Source: a virus | Lineage: Duplodnaviria > Caudoviricetes | DNA length: 64,000 nt | Virus record (IMG/VR): IMGVR_UViG_3300032007_000010 | Reading direction: 5' to 3' (one strand) | Shown: positions 16,859 to 27,170 of the stretch, one piece after another | How positions within the stretch are numbered: the first letter of the stretch is position 1 | Layout: every line of letters begins with the position of its first letter | The notes under the pieces: model-generated | What the model was told of the DNA's origin: nothing | Databases searched by the model: none | Seen by the model: the letters and a program-made list of their open reading frames with translations, nothing else | Position numbers and translations under genes: made by a program

Positions 16859-18460
16859 ATGGTGGATCTCAAAACCTACGATCGCATGTGTGAACCCGAT
16901 GTGTTTGAGGATCCGTTCATCAAAGAGTTTGATCGACTTGTCGATCTGAGGAATTCGATGGACAAGCAAGCGAGCTCATTGACGGACGATGCGCTCGAAG
17001 AGTTGATACTGCGATATACCAAGGATAAACCCGCCATCGCGAGGGATTATCGCGGTCTTGTCAGTGTCACGAATAGCTGCAGTACGGCCGAGCTATCGGC
17101 AACTCAGAACGTATTTCATATTAAAACGCCGGATGCAGCCAGCATTGATCGATATGAAGAAGTGACGCTTTTGATCGGGAAGAAATTTAGAGAACTCAAA
17201 GCTGTGTGCAGAAAGCTATCCATTAAGCAATCGTGGCTCGAAGATCAATATGACATACATGCTCCAAGCATCAGTCGCATCATAGGGGCGTCTTACCTCA
17301 TTAAAAACCAAAAGCAAATAACGCCCGACAACTATATTGAATTCAGCGAGCAGGAAGTGGTGTCTTTCAAACATTGGTATCGTAGAGTTCTTGCGCGCAT
17401 TGCCAGACTCATCGGTATGGACACAGAGGATATCATGCGCATTCGCTGCGATGATGATGCGGAGGCTGCGCTGAGACCTGGGCTGCGCATGCACATCGAG
17501 GCGGAGATTGCCGATAAACAGCGTGTTCTCGATGAATGCAAGGTGAAACGGACGGAATACAAACAGGAACTGGATCAGCTCCAGCGCAACTGCGACCTTG
17601 TAAAAGATCTATATGCTCAGCAGATGGCGGATCTTGAGAATAAGAAGAATGAGCAGCACACACGATTGCTCGAGCTTCTGACACTGGAGACGCAGGTCAA
17701 AGCTACATACAACGTGATGGATTTCGAGAATCTAAGCAAACCTGAGCTATACTTTTCAATGCAGTTAATGCGAAGCCGCAATGCAACCTCGGTGTGGAGA
17801 AAGTGCGGTCACACATCCATCATCAAAAACTACATGACCTTCATGGAACAGTTCACCGAGGAAGATGATGACCAGGATCTCATCATACGAATGCTCGAAA
17901 GTCCAAGCAATGAAATGTACTGGGGCAACGTGCTGATGAATCTTGCCTCGATCGAATACATCTTCTACAGAGGACGCATGAGCTGTGATCAGATCGAGTA
18001 TCCAAGGGATATGCTGGATGCGGCCGTAAAATTGTATGGTGAATGTGAGTATGATCCGACCGATGAGCATCACAGCAACACGCGCCAGGCGCGCTTCACG
18101 CTCTGTAAGGTAGGACAGATGCGAACCATGTTAAAATACATCACAGATGCCGAAGAGTACGATGCGTCCGCATATCTCAAAGATGTTCTAGAAGAATCCG
18201 CCAGCTACCGAATGAAACAGATGGATGATCCTAGCACTCCGTATGGGAAATACATTGCAGCGAAGAATGAGCAGTGCAGATGGGAAACAAACATTCTTAT
18301 TCCGGCCAACGAGCTCTGTGACAAGCAACTGCGACGGATCAAAGAGACCGAGAAGAAACTGTCGAATATCAAGAGACGGTTTCAGAATGTCGACAAGAGC
18401 ATCAAAGACAACACGGCCACCATCAAGAATCTCAGGAAACAGTTGCAGTCCTACGAATGA
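16859..18460 (+). CDS. Coiled-coil-rich hypothetical protein
   Basis: 533-aa ORF with RBS and two heptad-rich segments. Confidence 0.75.
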   Translation: MVDLKTYDRMCEPDVFEDPFIKEFDRLVDLRNSMDKQASSLTDDALEELILRYTKDKPAIARDYRGLVSVTNSCSTAELSATQNVFHIKTPDAASIDRYEEVTLLIGKKFRELKAVCRKLSIKQSWLEDQYDIHAPSISRIIGASYLIKNQKQITPDNYIEFSEQEVVSFKHWYRRVLARIARLIGMDTEDIMRIRCDDDAEAALRPGLRMHIEAEIADKQRVLDECKVKRTEYKQELDQLQRNCDLVKDLYAQQMADLENKKNEQHTRLLELLTLETQVKATYNVMDFENLSKPELYFSMQLMRSRNATSVWRKCGHTSIIKNYMTFMEQFTEEDDDQDLIIRMLESPSNEMYWGNVLMNLASIEYIFYRGRMSCDQIEYPRDMLDAAVKLYGECEYDPTDEHHSNTRQARFTLCKVGQMRTMLKYITDAEEYDASAYLKDVLEESASYRMKQMDDPSTPYGKYIAAKNEQCRWETNILIPANELCDKQLRRIKETEKKLSNIKRRFQNVDKSIKDNTATIKNLRKQLQSYE

Positions 18461-18470
18461 GGTGAATGAA

Positions 18471-18501
18471 CAAACCCGGAGGTGATATCCTCCGGGTTTG
18501 T
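18471..18501. terminator. Bidirectional terminator
   Basis: CAAACCCGGAGG-tgatat-CCTCCGGGTTTG. Confidence 0.75.
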
Positions 18502-18507
18502 CTTGTG

Positions 18508-19398
18508 TCACTTGAACAGTTCGTACATGGATGCACCGACCAGCGTGCGGATCGGCATGATGACGGTATCCACACCGTCCTCGTTGATCACCGTGAAGCG
18601 CACGGAGTTCTCGTCGATGACCATGGAGTGAGCATCGATGTCGAACGCATCGCAGATGGTGTTGATCTGTTCCTTCGAGACAGATTCGCTGAGCAGGAAA
18701 TCCTTGAAGGATGGATCATTGCGGAAATCGTAGCTCAGAGCACTTTCGGACATCGTGTTGCCCGCCGGAACGTTGAATTCGTTCACCTGGAGTGATCCGG
18801 GGATCAGCCGTGCATCCTGGGAGCTCGGTCTGAACACATGATCCCAGGTGATGATCTGCAGGCTTGGGAGAACATTGCCCTTGGCATCGACACCGCCGAC
18901 AGATCTGGAGGACACCATGGCCGGGACTCCGGTGAGAATGCGATCACGCAGCATATCTCCGTAGCCGCCGGCCACCGTGGTGTAGGTTCCCTTGAGGAGC
19001 TTACCATCCTTCCAATACTTCTTGAGCATCGCGCACACAAGCTTCGGATCGATGGTCATCTGCCGAATCAGCGCAGATTGATCGCCCGCCTTGCTCGACG
19101 CGATGGATGGGTGTCCATATTCACTCCCAACGCCACCGTTGTTCTTGAGGTCATGCTGGAACAGAGGGTTGTTATCGAGAGCATTCATGAAGATCTGCTC
19201 TCCATAGACCCGTCCATTCCAGTTGCGACGGGCAAATTCGGTGAGCACCATGTTGTAGGTGATGGTGAAGAGCTTGAGGCCATTCTCAAGCGTGATCACA
19301 TCTTCGTTGATGATCTCCATGCCACGACGGGCGGTATCCTCGCTAACGATTGTCTCGTTGAGGAGATAATAGACAGGTTTCATCGCCATATGATTCAC
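18508..19398 (-). CDS. Prohead core protease (T4 gp21-like)
   Basis: RNWNGRVY, GSEYGHP (catalytic His), VSSRSVG (catalytic Ser), ITWDHVFRPS; likely start ATG 19389. Confidence 0.88.
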   Translation of the reverse strand: MNHMAMKPVYYLLNETIVSEDTARRGMEIINEDVITLENGLKLFTITYNMVLTEFARRNWNGRVYGEQIFMNALDNNPLFQHDLKNNGGVGSEYGHPSIASSKAGDQSALIRQMTIDPKLVCAMLKKYWKDGKLLKGTYTTVAGGYGDMLRDRILTGVPAMVSSRSVGGVDAKGNVLPSLQIITWDHVFRPSSQDARLIPGSLQVNEFNVPAGNTMSESALSYDFRNDPSFKDFLLSESVSKEQINTICDAFDIDAHSMVIDENSVRFTVINEDGVDTVIMPIRTLVGASMYELFK

Positions 19399-19429
19399 AC
19401 TCCTTAGAATGAATAATGTTAATTCCTGT

Positions 19430-19440
19430 TATAGGAATGT
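19430..19440 (-). promoter_or_regulatory. Class L promoter
   Basis: ACA-TTCC-TATA on minus strand. Confidence 0.7.
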
Positions 19441-19460
19441 TCCGGAATTTGGGCAGAGCC

Positions 19461-19470
19461 ATATATTATA
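19461..19470 (+). promoter_or_regulatory. Class E promoter
   Basis: ATATATTATA. Confidence 0.7.
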
Positions 19471-19510
19471 TGAATAGTAAACTAGAATAAAAGAAAGGTT
19501 GTGTACAATT

Positions 19511-20539
19511 ATGAAGAACAATGCATCGGACCGCATTCGCGCGGCGCACACCGAGGAGATCGACGAGCTCCTCAAAAAGCTGAGCACGTTGCTCTATGAC
19601 CCCAGTTTCACCCGCAACGCCGAGAACCAGGAAGAGGTGGCAAAATGCACCCTCAGCACCATCTGCGACGGCCTCACCGTGACCGATGCCATCATCGGCA
19701 TGCTCATCGTGGCCAAGCCGGAATTCAAACTCGAAACCATCGACGAGGATGAGAAGGTCAGACTTGATCTGACTCTCGAGGTTGACGAAGATGAGGAAGA
19801 CAAGGGTCCGTTCCTCGCCATTGACTCCTGCGCCGTCTTTGCCTATGACTACAACAATGACGAAGATGATGATCAGGACGATGACGATGAGGACATGTTC
19901 GAGCCGCTGCTCAACCTCGACATCGTGGCTCCTCCCACCGATCCGAACTTCCTCGAACAGCTCGAGCGGCTTGATGAGTCCAGTCTCGTATCCTATCGCT
20001 TTGACGAAGAGGACCAGACTCCCGAGGTTAACCTCATGCTTGATCCGACCGGTGAACACATTGTCCTCAATGCGAATCTGGTGCCCGAAGATTTCATCGA
20101 CGATAAGGAAGTCGCCGCCAGATGCAAGATCTTCGCGCATCCCAATGGCATGGATCATTTTGTGATGATCCCCGTCGCGCTGACCAGAGAGCTGCATCTT
20201 GCGCTGCGCCTCGACAGCACCGAAGATGTTGGGGAGGCACTCCAGACCATCAAAAACAACATGGATGACGTGGCGTCGATTGACGAGTTCTTCCGTGATG
20301 TATATATCAAGATCGGCGCGGAGATCGATGAGATTCCCGGAGACATCATGTGCCCCGGCGACGATACCATCATCGTGAGCGGCGATCTCACCATCGGTGA
20401 GGACTTCGAGAACGAAGATGATGAGTACGTGCCGATCATCAAGCTCAAGTCTCATCGCATCGAAGGTGGCACCTCCGTGGAGCTCAACTTCAGCACCGGC
20501 GTCATGGCCAGCGGCATGCATGCGCATGAGGATGACTGA
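19511..20539 (+). CDS. Very acidic hypothetical protein
   Basis: D/E-rich 342-aa ORF with RBS AAAGG. Confidence 0.75.
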   Translation: MKNNASDRIRAAHTEEIDELLKKLSTLLYDPSFTRNAENQEEVAKCTLSTICDGLTVTDAIIGMLIVAKPEFKLETIDEDEKVRLDLTLEVDEDEEDKGPFLAIDSCAVFAYDYNNDEDDDQDDDDEDMFEPLLNLDIVAPPTDPNFLEQLERLDESSLVSYRFDEEDQTPEVNLMLDPTGEHIVLNANLVPEDFIDDKEVAARCKIFAHPNGMDHFVMIPVALTRELHLALRLDSTEDVGEALQTIKNNMDDVASIDEFFRDVYIKIGAEIDEIPGDIMCPGDDTIIVSGDLTIGEDFENEDDEYVPIIKLKSHRIEGGTSVELNFSTGVMASGMHAHEDD

Positions 20540-20540
20540 T

Positions 20541-20906
20541 ATGATCAGAGAATATAACAAATTGGTTCGAGACAAGATCCCCGAAATCCTTGATCAAAAG
20601 GGGATCAAATACGGAGTCCACCAGGAAGCCGATCACCGGGAGATAATCAGACTCCTCATTGACAAGGTGGACGAGGAGGCCAAGGAAATCCGCGAGGTCA
20701 TCGAGAATCCGGCCGGATACTTCACCAACACCGTGGCCGATGAGATCGGCGACCTCTACGAGGTTCTTGATGCTCTCACCAGGGAGCTTGGTCTTGATGC
20801 AGATCTTGTCGGAACTATGCAGGCCAAGAAGTTGGAACGTCGCGGCGGCTTCCAGAACCACACCGTCCTCGAATGGACCGAGGATAACCAACATTCAACA
20901 AAATAG
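20541..20906 (+). CDS. MazG-like nucleotide pyrophosphohydrolase (phosphoribosyl-ATP pyrophosphohydrolase-like)
   Basis: YNKLVRDKIPEI, EEAKE, EIGDLYEVL, K...RGGF. Confidence 0.8.
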   Translation: MIREYNKLVRDKIPEILDQKGIKYGVHQEADHREIIRLLIDKVDEEAKEIREVIENPAGYFTNTVADEIGDLYEVLDALTRELGLDADLVGTMQAKKLERRGGFQNHTVLEWTEDNQHSTK

Positions 20907-20918
20907 GAGGATAATGCA

Positions 20919-21317
20919 ATGAGCAAGTACAAAGACTTTTGGTGGTGCATGGAGAACGATTCCGAACCCTTGACCCTGTCTCCCGATGCGAAGCACCCCA
21001 TCCGCGGAGTATTCACCAACATGCATGTGGATCGTAGCACGGTTCCCGAGGGAATCCATGCCTATGATATCCGTCACCGCGATGACACCGGAACCCCGTA
21101 CAGCATCGAGCCGATGGTGCAGGTCAATCACTATGGCACCTTCCTCACCCGCGAAGAACTGAAGATGACCCACATCGAGGATCATGATCGCAGCAAGATC
21201 GCAAAGATACTCGGAGGATCCAATACGGTTCACAGAGAATGGAGAGGTATGGGCTCCTGGACCTTCGATGCCGGCGATCCATACGAGATCCTCAGCGTCG
21301 AGAGGAGAGTATCCTGA
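20919..21317 (+). CDS. LPD28-like domain protein
   Basis: VDRSTVPEGIHAYDIRH.DD.G.P..IEP.V.VNHYGT matches the recalled LPD28 pattern. Confidence 0.65.
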   Translation: MSKYKDFWWCMENDSEPLTLSPDAKHPIRGVFTNMHVDRSTVPEGIHAYDIRHRDDTGTPYSIEPMVQVNHYGTFLTREELKMTHIEDHDRSKIAKILGGSNTVHREWRGMGSWTFDAGDPYEILSVERRVS

Positions 21318-21937
21318 TGGACCTGCGCAGGAAAATGCATAGCAGGTCATCCATGACGCTCGGATTCGTATGCCCAAAGTGTCACTGGTATCAAACTGTG
21401 CGTGCCAGCGCCCACATGACCTATCTGGCATCGTCCGAAGAAACTCAGACGACTCCGAAGCTTGATCTGACCAATGTCATCTACGACTGTCCCCATTGTT
21501 CACAGCGCATGCGTCGTGTGAGTTGGTACATGGCTCCCCAGATCGCAAAACTCCTCGAACTATCCAATGTGGATGCGGATAATTGCAGAACCGAGTACGA
21601 CAGCATCAAACCCAACTCGCACTATCCGGATAAAGCGCTGGTGACCTTCCCATCGATCAGCATCGAAGATACTCACATCGGGCTGTTGGCTCAGATCGCA
21701 GAGAGGCTAGCGGATGAGCCGAATTACACGCAGCGCATCTATGTGCGGAATACTCACGTATATGATGATCTCACACTGCCATACATCAGCCTCGAGATTG
21801 GCATGTATGGAAGTGACATCATCTCCTATGATGTGAAGGATGCGCCGGCGGTGAGACAGAAACATCGGGAACTATTCATGGGATTCCTGAATGAACTCAT
21901 CAAGAGATACGAGGAGGGACTGAACAATGGAAATTGA
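21317..21937 (+). CDS. Zinc-ribbon hypothetical protein
   Basis: CPKC...CPHC; GAGGAG RBS. Confidence 0.65.
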   Translation: MDLRRKMHSRSSMTLGFVCPKCHWYQTVRASAHMTYLASSEETQTTPKLDLTNVIYDCPHCSQRMRRVSWYMAPQIAKLLELSNVDADNCRTEYDSIKPNSHYPDKALVTFPSISIEDTHIGLLAQIAERLADEPNYTQRIYVRNTHVYDDLTLPYISLEIGMYGSDIISYDVKDAPAVRQKHRELFMGFLNELIKRYEEGLNNGN

Positions 21938-22505
21938 ACGCAAGTGGCTCATAAAACCGGAGTGGAATACGATCATGATGATCAATCATCCGTCCATCGA
22001 ACCGATTCGTATCTCCCATGTAGAAATCATCTACCTGTCGGTGGACCCCTACATCCGTGCGCGGAGATCGTATACCATCTGGAACAAAGGCAAAGAGAAT
22101 CTCAAGGAGCCCAACTGCAAACTCACCTACAAGGGAACCGGAACATTGTCCCGCGAGGAGGTTGAAACTCCCATCGAACTGCAGTTCTTCCTCATGATGA
22201 AGCAGTTGCTCGGCGTTGCGCCGATCATCAAGGAGCACAATGTTTACTCCATCGATGGACAGGACGAACCGCTCGTGATCATGGATGTCGATCGTGGCAC
22301 ACCGACAGCATTTAGCTACGCGGAGCTCGAGTTCGAAACCGAAGAACTGGCCAGGACCTTTGAATTTCCCTGGCCTGAGATCGTCGAAAGAGATGTCACC
22401 GAGGATCCATATTACAAGATGAACCACTATTGGAAACGCACCAGGCTCGATGGCACGAGAGCCGCGTCCAACGGTTGTGAAGCCATGTCGATGGACGTGG
22501 ACTAG
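21927..22505 (+). CDS. CYTH (triphosphate tunnel) domain protein
   Basis: N-terminal EIERKW, LTYKG, REEVE, AELEF, DVT.DP.Y. Confidence 0.85.
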   Translation: MEIERKWLIKPEWNTIMMINHPSIEPIRISHVEIIYLSVDPYIRARRSYTIWNKGKENLKEPNCKLTYKGTGTLSREEVETPIELQFFLMMKQLLGVAPIIKEHNVYSIDGQDEPLVIMDVDRGTPTAFSYAELEFETEELARTFEFPWPEIVERDVTEDPYYKMNHYWKRTRLDGTRAASNGCEAMSMDVD

Positions 22506-22511
22506 AACGGA

Positions 22512-22542
22512 GAAACGGAACCTTCGGGTTCCGTTTCTTTTT
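22512..22542 (+). terminator. Terminator
   Basis: GAAACGGAACC-TTCG-GGTTCCGTTTC plus T-run. Confidence 0.8.
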
Positions 22543-22566
22543 CCCCTTCAAAGGCGAAAATCGCTG

Positions 22567-22577
22567 ACATTTCTATA
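22567..22577 (+). promoter_or_regulatory. Class L promoter
   Basis: ACA-TTTC-TATA. Confidence 0.7.
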
Positions 22578-22606
22578 ATGAACACAAGACAGCAGGAGGT
22601 GCGTCC

Positions 22607-23779
22607 ATGTTTGACAATAACTTCATTCTTCAGGAAGCCTTGGCGAATGTCTTTGATCCCACACCGGCGGTGCAGGAGATCAAGAAGGCACTGAACACCT
22701 GTACCCTCACAAAGTTTCGTTCCCAGGATTCCTGTGCAAACTTCTATTCCAAATTTTTCATGAATAGTCTCGAGCTCAAAGATGAGCTCAACTTTCCGAA
22801 CTGGATCCAGATCTATCAGACCCTGCTTTCGGACCGCAGATTCACCGAAAATCTGAGCCTGTACATGTCATTGTATCACCCACGGCAGTATCTTGGCATG
22901 TTCCAATCGTTGGTGAATCTCATGGATGTCGAGGTCGGCGAAACAAAGGTCAAGATACGCTATCTCTCCGACGCCAAAGCATTCTTTGTGCTGCTGCAGA
23001 ATAGCTTCGAATCGATCACCGCGACGGTGATTGCCCAGACCAATGATCTTGAGGCCATGAAATTCTGTTCCATCGTTCGCAGTGTTTTGACCTCGAAGAT
23101 TTTCTACATCAATGAGCTCATTCGACGTGTCATCGACGAGAATCATGATCCAAACGATATCACGATCATCCACGACTACATGAGCTCCCCGCTCGACGAG
23201 GACTGGCAGGAACTGTTTTCGATGCTCGAGCATGCGGATGAGTACATCGAAAGATTTCGTGGAGAAGTTGTCGTCACCGAGCAAGATATGCTTGACGAGG
23301 GCATCGTGTCCAAGGCCGGAGAGGCGATGAAGACCGCCGGCATCGAAGCCAAGAAAGCCGTGCGCATGTTTGACGAGCTCTGCATGAAGGCCTACCGCAA
23401 TGCTGTCGCAAAGCGCCAGCAACGCAAACACTCCGAGATGGTGGGAGAGTCTCTGCGTATCAACAACGAGCTCAAGCGCATACTCAAGGTTCTTCCGCTG
23501 AGCTTGCTGGGGCCGCATGGTCCGGTGCTCGCAATCATCGCATGGGTCATCTCGATCGTGGTGGATCGTGCCACCGATCAGAAAGACCGCAACGTGCTCA
23601 TCGGTCAGCTCAAGGATGAGATCGAGATCGTCGAAGAGAAGATCCAGATGGCAGAACGCAACGGTGATGATAAGGCAAAGATCGAGCTAATCAGACTTCG
23701 TCAGAAACTTGCGCGCGAATACGAACGCATCAATCGCATACCCTTCCAGGGAACGCGACGCAATGGCTATAACCGCTGA
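22607..23779 (+). CDS. Putative virion head protein
   Basis: Class L promoter, AGGAGG RBS, LQEA/LDEG motifs, located in the head gene cluster. Confidence 0.6.
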   Translation: MFDNNFILQEALANVFDPTPAVQEIKKALNTCTLTKFRSQDSCANFYSKFFMNSLELKDELNFPNWIQIYQTLLSDRRFTENLSLYMSLYHPRQYLGMFQSLVNLMDVEVGETKVKIRYLSDAKAFFVLLQNSFESITATVIAQTNDLEAMKFCSIVRSVLTSKIFYINELIRRVIDENHDPNDITIIHDYMSSPLDEDWQELFSMLEHADEYIERFRGEVVVTEQDMLDEGIVSKAGEAMKTAGIEAKKAVRMFDELCMKAYRNAVAKRQQRKHSEMVGESLRINNELKRILKVLPLSLLGPHGPVLAIIAWVISIVVDRATDQKDRNVLIGQLKDEIEIVEEKIQMAERNGDDKAKIELIRLRQKLAREYERINRIPFQGTRRNGYNR

Positions 23780-23795
23780 GAAAGGAGGACGAACG

Positions 23796-25181
23796 ATGAA
23801 CAGCAACACAAACTTTTTGTTTCAAGCATTGTACGAGCAGCATCTCGGCGAACCGACCGAGAACAATGCTCTGAACGAGGCCGGCGAAGAGGATGCGGCG
23901 ATGGGGGATGCCACCATGCCTGGCCAGGCCCAGGGACAAACCAACGCAGCAAATGATCCTCCTCCGCCTCCGGAGCTCGGTGGTGATGGTGCCGCGCAGA
24001 ACGGTGATCAGGGAGCGGACCCGATGGCCGACCTCGAAAACTTTTCCATGGATCCGGATGGGACGAACGAGGAGGAAGAGGATCTTCCGGAACATCCCGA
24101 TGGTCTTCCCGAACCAGACGAGATTGGGGATGGAGGCACCGGAGAGAATAACCTCGACGGCGAGCTCAATATCCATTACAATATTCTCCAGCTTTCCAAG
24201 ATGGACCGTCTCATGGCGAAGCGCAAGATGTACAACGACTATCAATCGTTGCGCACATCCATCCGTGCTTTCCAGCACGTCATCGATGAGAACGAGGTAG
24301 CCATCGATGCTGATATCAGAGAATATGCCCGCAACAAGGCAACCTATCTGTTTACGACTCTGACCGACTACGTCACCTACAAGCTTTCGTACACATCCTA
24401 TGAAGATAACCTCCAAAACTTTCTCATGTTTTCCAAGGCTCTCAACGACCTCATGCTCTTTGTGAACAATCATGGCAACAATCGGAAAAATGAAGAGGAA
24501 GCTCAGCACCGGGCCGAAGATTTCATCTCCGACAATTCCAAGGAACGCACGGCTGCACGCCTCGATAGGGAAGCACAGGAGAAGGACGAGCAGGATCTCG
24601 ATGACATGAGCCCCGATGAGCTTGGCACCGAAGAGGAAGAATCTAGCGACGTGCTAGACTCCCTCGATGATCATCTTGATGCGGTGTCCGATGAGGTCGA
24701 AGCCGAGAATGGTGAAACCGCCGAAGAAACACCAACGGAAGAAGAGGGAGAGACTGAGGAAAACCCCGAGGAGACATCCGAGGAACCGGAGTCGGACATC
24801 GAACTCGGTGAGGTCGAAGACATCGGTGAACCCGAGGACATTGATCTCGATGATCTCGAGTCAGAGGATATTGGCGAAGAGCCGGACACTGACATCGAAG
24901 AGATCGAGGAGCCGGACAACGAGCCAGATGATACCGACATCGATGAACTCGAAGAGCTTCCGGATGAGGGCCCAGACACCGACATCGAATCCGATGAGAT
25001 TGATCGAGAGCTCGAAGCGCTGGATCTCGAGGATCTCGATATTCCCGATTTCGATGAGGAGGAAGAGGACATCGAAGGAACGACCCGCAGAGAATCGACA
25101 CGGAATCGCCGCGAACGCAAGATCGAGGGAGAAGGAAGCGAGGATATCGATATTCCAGACTTTGACATCGAGGGTATCTGA
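23796..25181 (+). CDS. Highly acidic low-complexity protein, possible prohead core/scaffold
   Basis: AAAGGAGG RBS; E/D-rich repeats; immediately upstream of the probable capsid gene. Confidence 0.6.
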   Translation: MNSNTNFLFQALYEQHLGEPTENNALNEAGEEDAAMGDATMPGQAQGQTNAANDPPPPPELGGDGAAQNGDQGADPMADLENFSMDPDGTNEEEEDLPEHPDGLPEPDEIGDGGTGENNLDGELNIHYNILQLSKMDRLMAKRKMYNDYQSLRTSIRAFQHVIDENEVAIDADIREYARNKATYLFTTLTDYVTYKLSYTSYEDNLQNFLMFSKALNDLMLFVNNHGNNRKNEEEAQHRAEDFISDNSKERTAARLDREAQEKDEQDLDDMSPDELGTEEEESSDVLDSLDDHLDAVSDEVEAENGETAEETPTEEEGETEENPEETSEEPESDIELGEVEDIGEPEDIDLDDLESEDIGEEPDTDIEEIEEPDNEPDDTDIDELEELPDEGPDTDIESDEIDRELEALDLEDLDIPDFDEEEEDIEGTTRRESTRNRRERKIEGEGSEDIDIPDFDIEGI

Positions 25182-25217
25182 GCGTATCATTTTATAAATA
25201 TGCAATGAAAGTTCATA

Positions 25218-25228
25218 ACAACAATATA
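25218..25228 (+). promoter_or_regulatory. Class L promoter
   Basis: ACA-ACAA-TATA. Confidence 0.7.
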
Positions 25229-25381
25229 ATGGACGATTTTTGGTAATGGATTGCGTGTTCTATTAACGAAATATCGTTCCAGGCTGCCTGGGGAGTGTAT
25301 CCTCCCAGGGGTACGCTCATACAACATAGCTGTCCAGACCCATTTTTACTTTTAATTTTCATGAAAGGAGGCTGCGTAATA

Positions 25382-27043
25382 ATGAGTGCACTGTTTGGTG
25401 GTACTAATAAGAGCCACGACATCATTGACATTGTTGCCAGTCTGCAGAAGGGCACCAAGGCCATCTGCAACGAGAGCGTCGCCGGTACGGACGTCTCTGA
25501 CATCCAGATCAAGAATATGGCCGATAACATCAAGGACCTCATGCTGGAACACTACAGCAAGATTCTCCCCGATGAAAAGTTCGAGACCATGCTCCAGGAA
25601 GATGCTGACTCCGTCAGCCAGATCTTCATCAACAACCTGGCCGAGTCCAAGAACTCCCTCAACGAGTCCGCGTCTCTGCCCAGCCTGGTCACCCTCACCG
25701 CGTCCATCGCCACGACCATGCGTACTCCGTACGAGGCCGTGCTGCATCGCCTCTTCGACACTCGTACTCTGGACAAGCAGACCGTCGAGATCGAGGAGGT
25801 CATTCCGACCATCAAGGCTCCCGGCGAGGACCGCGAGGAGGACCTGATCGACGCGCTGGCTCCCTATGCGCCCACTCCGTTCGTTGATCGTACCGAGATC
25901 GAGGTCGAGACTCTCACCGGTGGTCTGGTTCCCGGCGCTGCCTGCAAGAACCTGCCTCTGCTCGAGGGCAAGAACCCGCTCTTCAAGATCAACCGCGATG
26001 TCCGCATCACCAAGATCGACGTCGAGATCGATGGTGTGGCCGTTCCCGAGGAGAAGATCTCCATGGCGAAGGGCACGACCCCCTATTTCGATGCGAAGAA
26101 CAACACTCTGAGCTGCGTGTTCGACGTCAACGCCGACTCCGGCTTCACCACCGTGACCGTCGATGCGAAGCTCGACTTTGATCGCAGCATGATGGTGTCC
26201 CTGCATGCCGATGAGGCCGTCAAGAAGGTTTACTTCTATGCGACCGTGAATCATCAGGAGCACACCCACCCGATCTACACGAGTTTCCGCAACAACTTCA
26301 CGCAGTTCATCGTGCCGACCCGTCCGCACATCGAGATCAGCCTGCCGCAGGAGATGCGCACCGATATCGCGAACAGCATTCAGCACTTCGCGAACACGGA
26401 CATCATCACCGCCATGACCGAGAACATCACGGTGATCAGCTCCCGCATGGAGGATCAGCGCCTGAAGAAGTGCCTGGACGAGGGTCACGAGTTCGAGGCC
26501 ATGTTCCCGTTCGATGCTCCCGGCTACTTCGCCTATGGCAACCTCGAGTGGATCCGTCGCGAGTTCATCCCGTTCCTGGATCAGTGCGCGCTCAAGATGA
26601 AGAACGACTGGAACATCACCGACTGCCACTTCCGCGTCGGCGTCAGCCCCTACATCCTGCGCATCCTGGATACGGACTACACCATGGACAAGAGCCTGAG
26701 CGAAGAGAGCAAGGGCAGCGGCGTCATCAACTACAGCATCGGCTGCAAGACGTCCACCAGCACCTTCTACTTCATCAGCTCTCAGCAGATCAACGACAGC
26801 ACGCTGCAGATGCTGCTGATCCCCAACAACTTCACCAACAGCCAGGTCAAGACCTACAACTACTTCAAGTACAGCTCTTTCCTGACTGACCAGCTCCGCC
26901 GCGCGGACAACCATGCGCAGCCCGCGATCGTCTACAGCGAGCGCAATCTGCCCGTGGTCTTCCGCCCGCTCAGCACTGTCTGCACCATTGACGGCATGCC
27001 CGTTGAGAAGGAAGACGGTACGCGCTGGATCAAGCGTGTCTAA
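25382..27043 (+). CDS. Probable major capsid protein precursor
   Basis: Extreme codon bias (high expression), own class L promoter and terminator, N-terminal propeptide with several LxE-S sites, 553 aa. Confidence 0.6.
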   Translation: MSALFGGTNKSHDIIDIVASLQKGTKAICNESVAGTDVSDIQIKNMADNIKDLMLEHYSKILPDEKFETMLQEDADSVSQIFINNLAESKNSLNESASLPSLVTLTASIATTMRTPYEAVLHRLFDTRTLDKQTVEIEEVIPTIKAPGEDREEDLIDALAPYAPTPFVDRTEIEVETLTGGLVPGAACKNLPLLEGKNPLFKINRDVRITKIDVEIDGVAVPEEKISMAKGTTPYFDAKNNTLSCVFDVNADSGFTTVTVDAKLDFDRSMMVSLHADEAVKKVYFYATVNHQEHTHPIYTSFRNNFTQFIVPTRPHIEISLPQEMRTDIANSIQHFANTDIITAMTENITVISSRMEDQRLKKCLDEGHEFEAMFPFDAPGYFAYGNLEWIRREFIPFLDQCALKMKNDWNITDCHFRVGVSPYILRILDTDYTMDKSLSEESKGSGVINYSIGCKTSTSTFYFISSQQINDSTLQMLLIPNNFTNSQVKTYNYFKYSSFLTDQLRRADNHAQPAIVYSERNLPVVFRPLSTVCTIDGMPVEKEDGTRWIKRV

Positions 27044-27102
27044 TCCATTTAGGCGCTAACCATCTCTTGTGCTTGATTGGATTAACAAATCTGCCTGAAC
27101 AA

Positions 27103-27135
27103 AGACACCCCTCCCGATTTTGGGAGGGGTGTTTT
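27103..27135 (+). terminator. Terminator
   Basis: ACACCCCTCCC-gattttt-GGGAGGGGTGT plus T-run. Confidence 0.75.
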
Positions 27136-27140
27136 CGTCC

Positions 27141-27150
27141 ATATATCATA
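27141..27150 (+). promoter_or_regulatory. Class E promoter
   Basis: ATATATCATA. Confidence 0.7.
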
Positions 27151-27170
27151 GCACAGAAGGAGGTTTCCGC

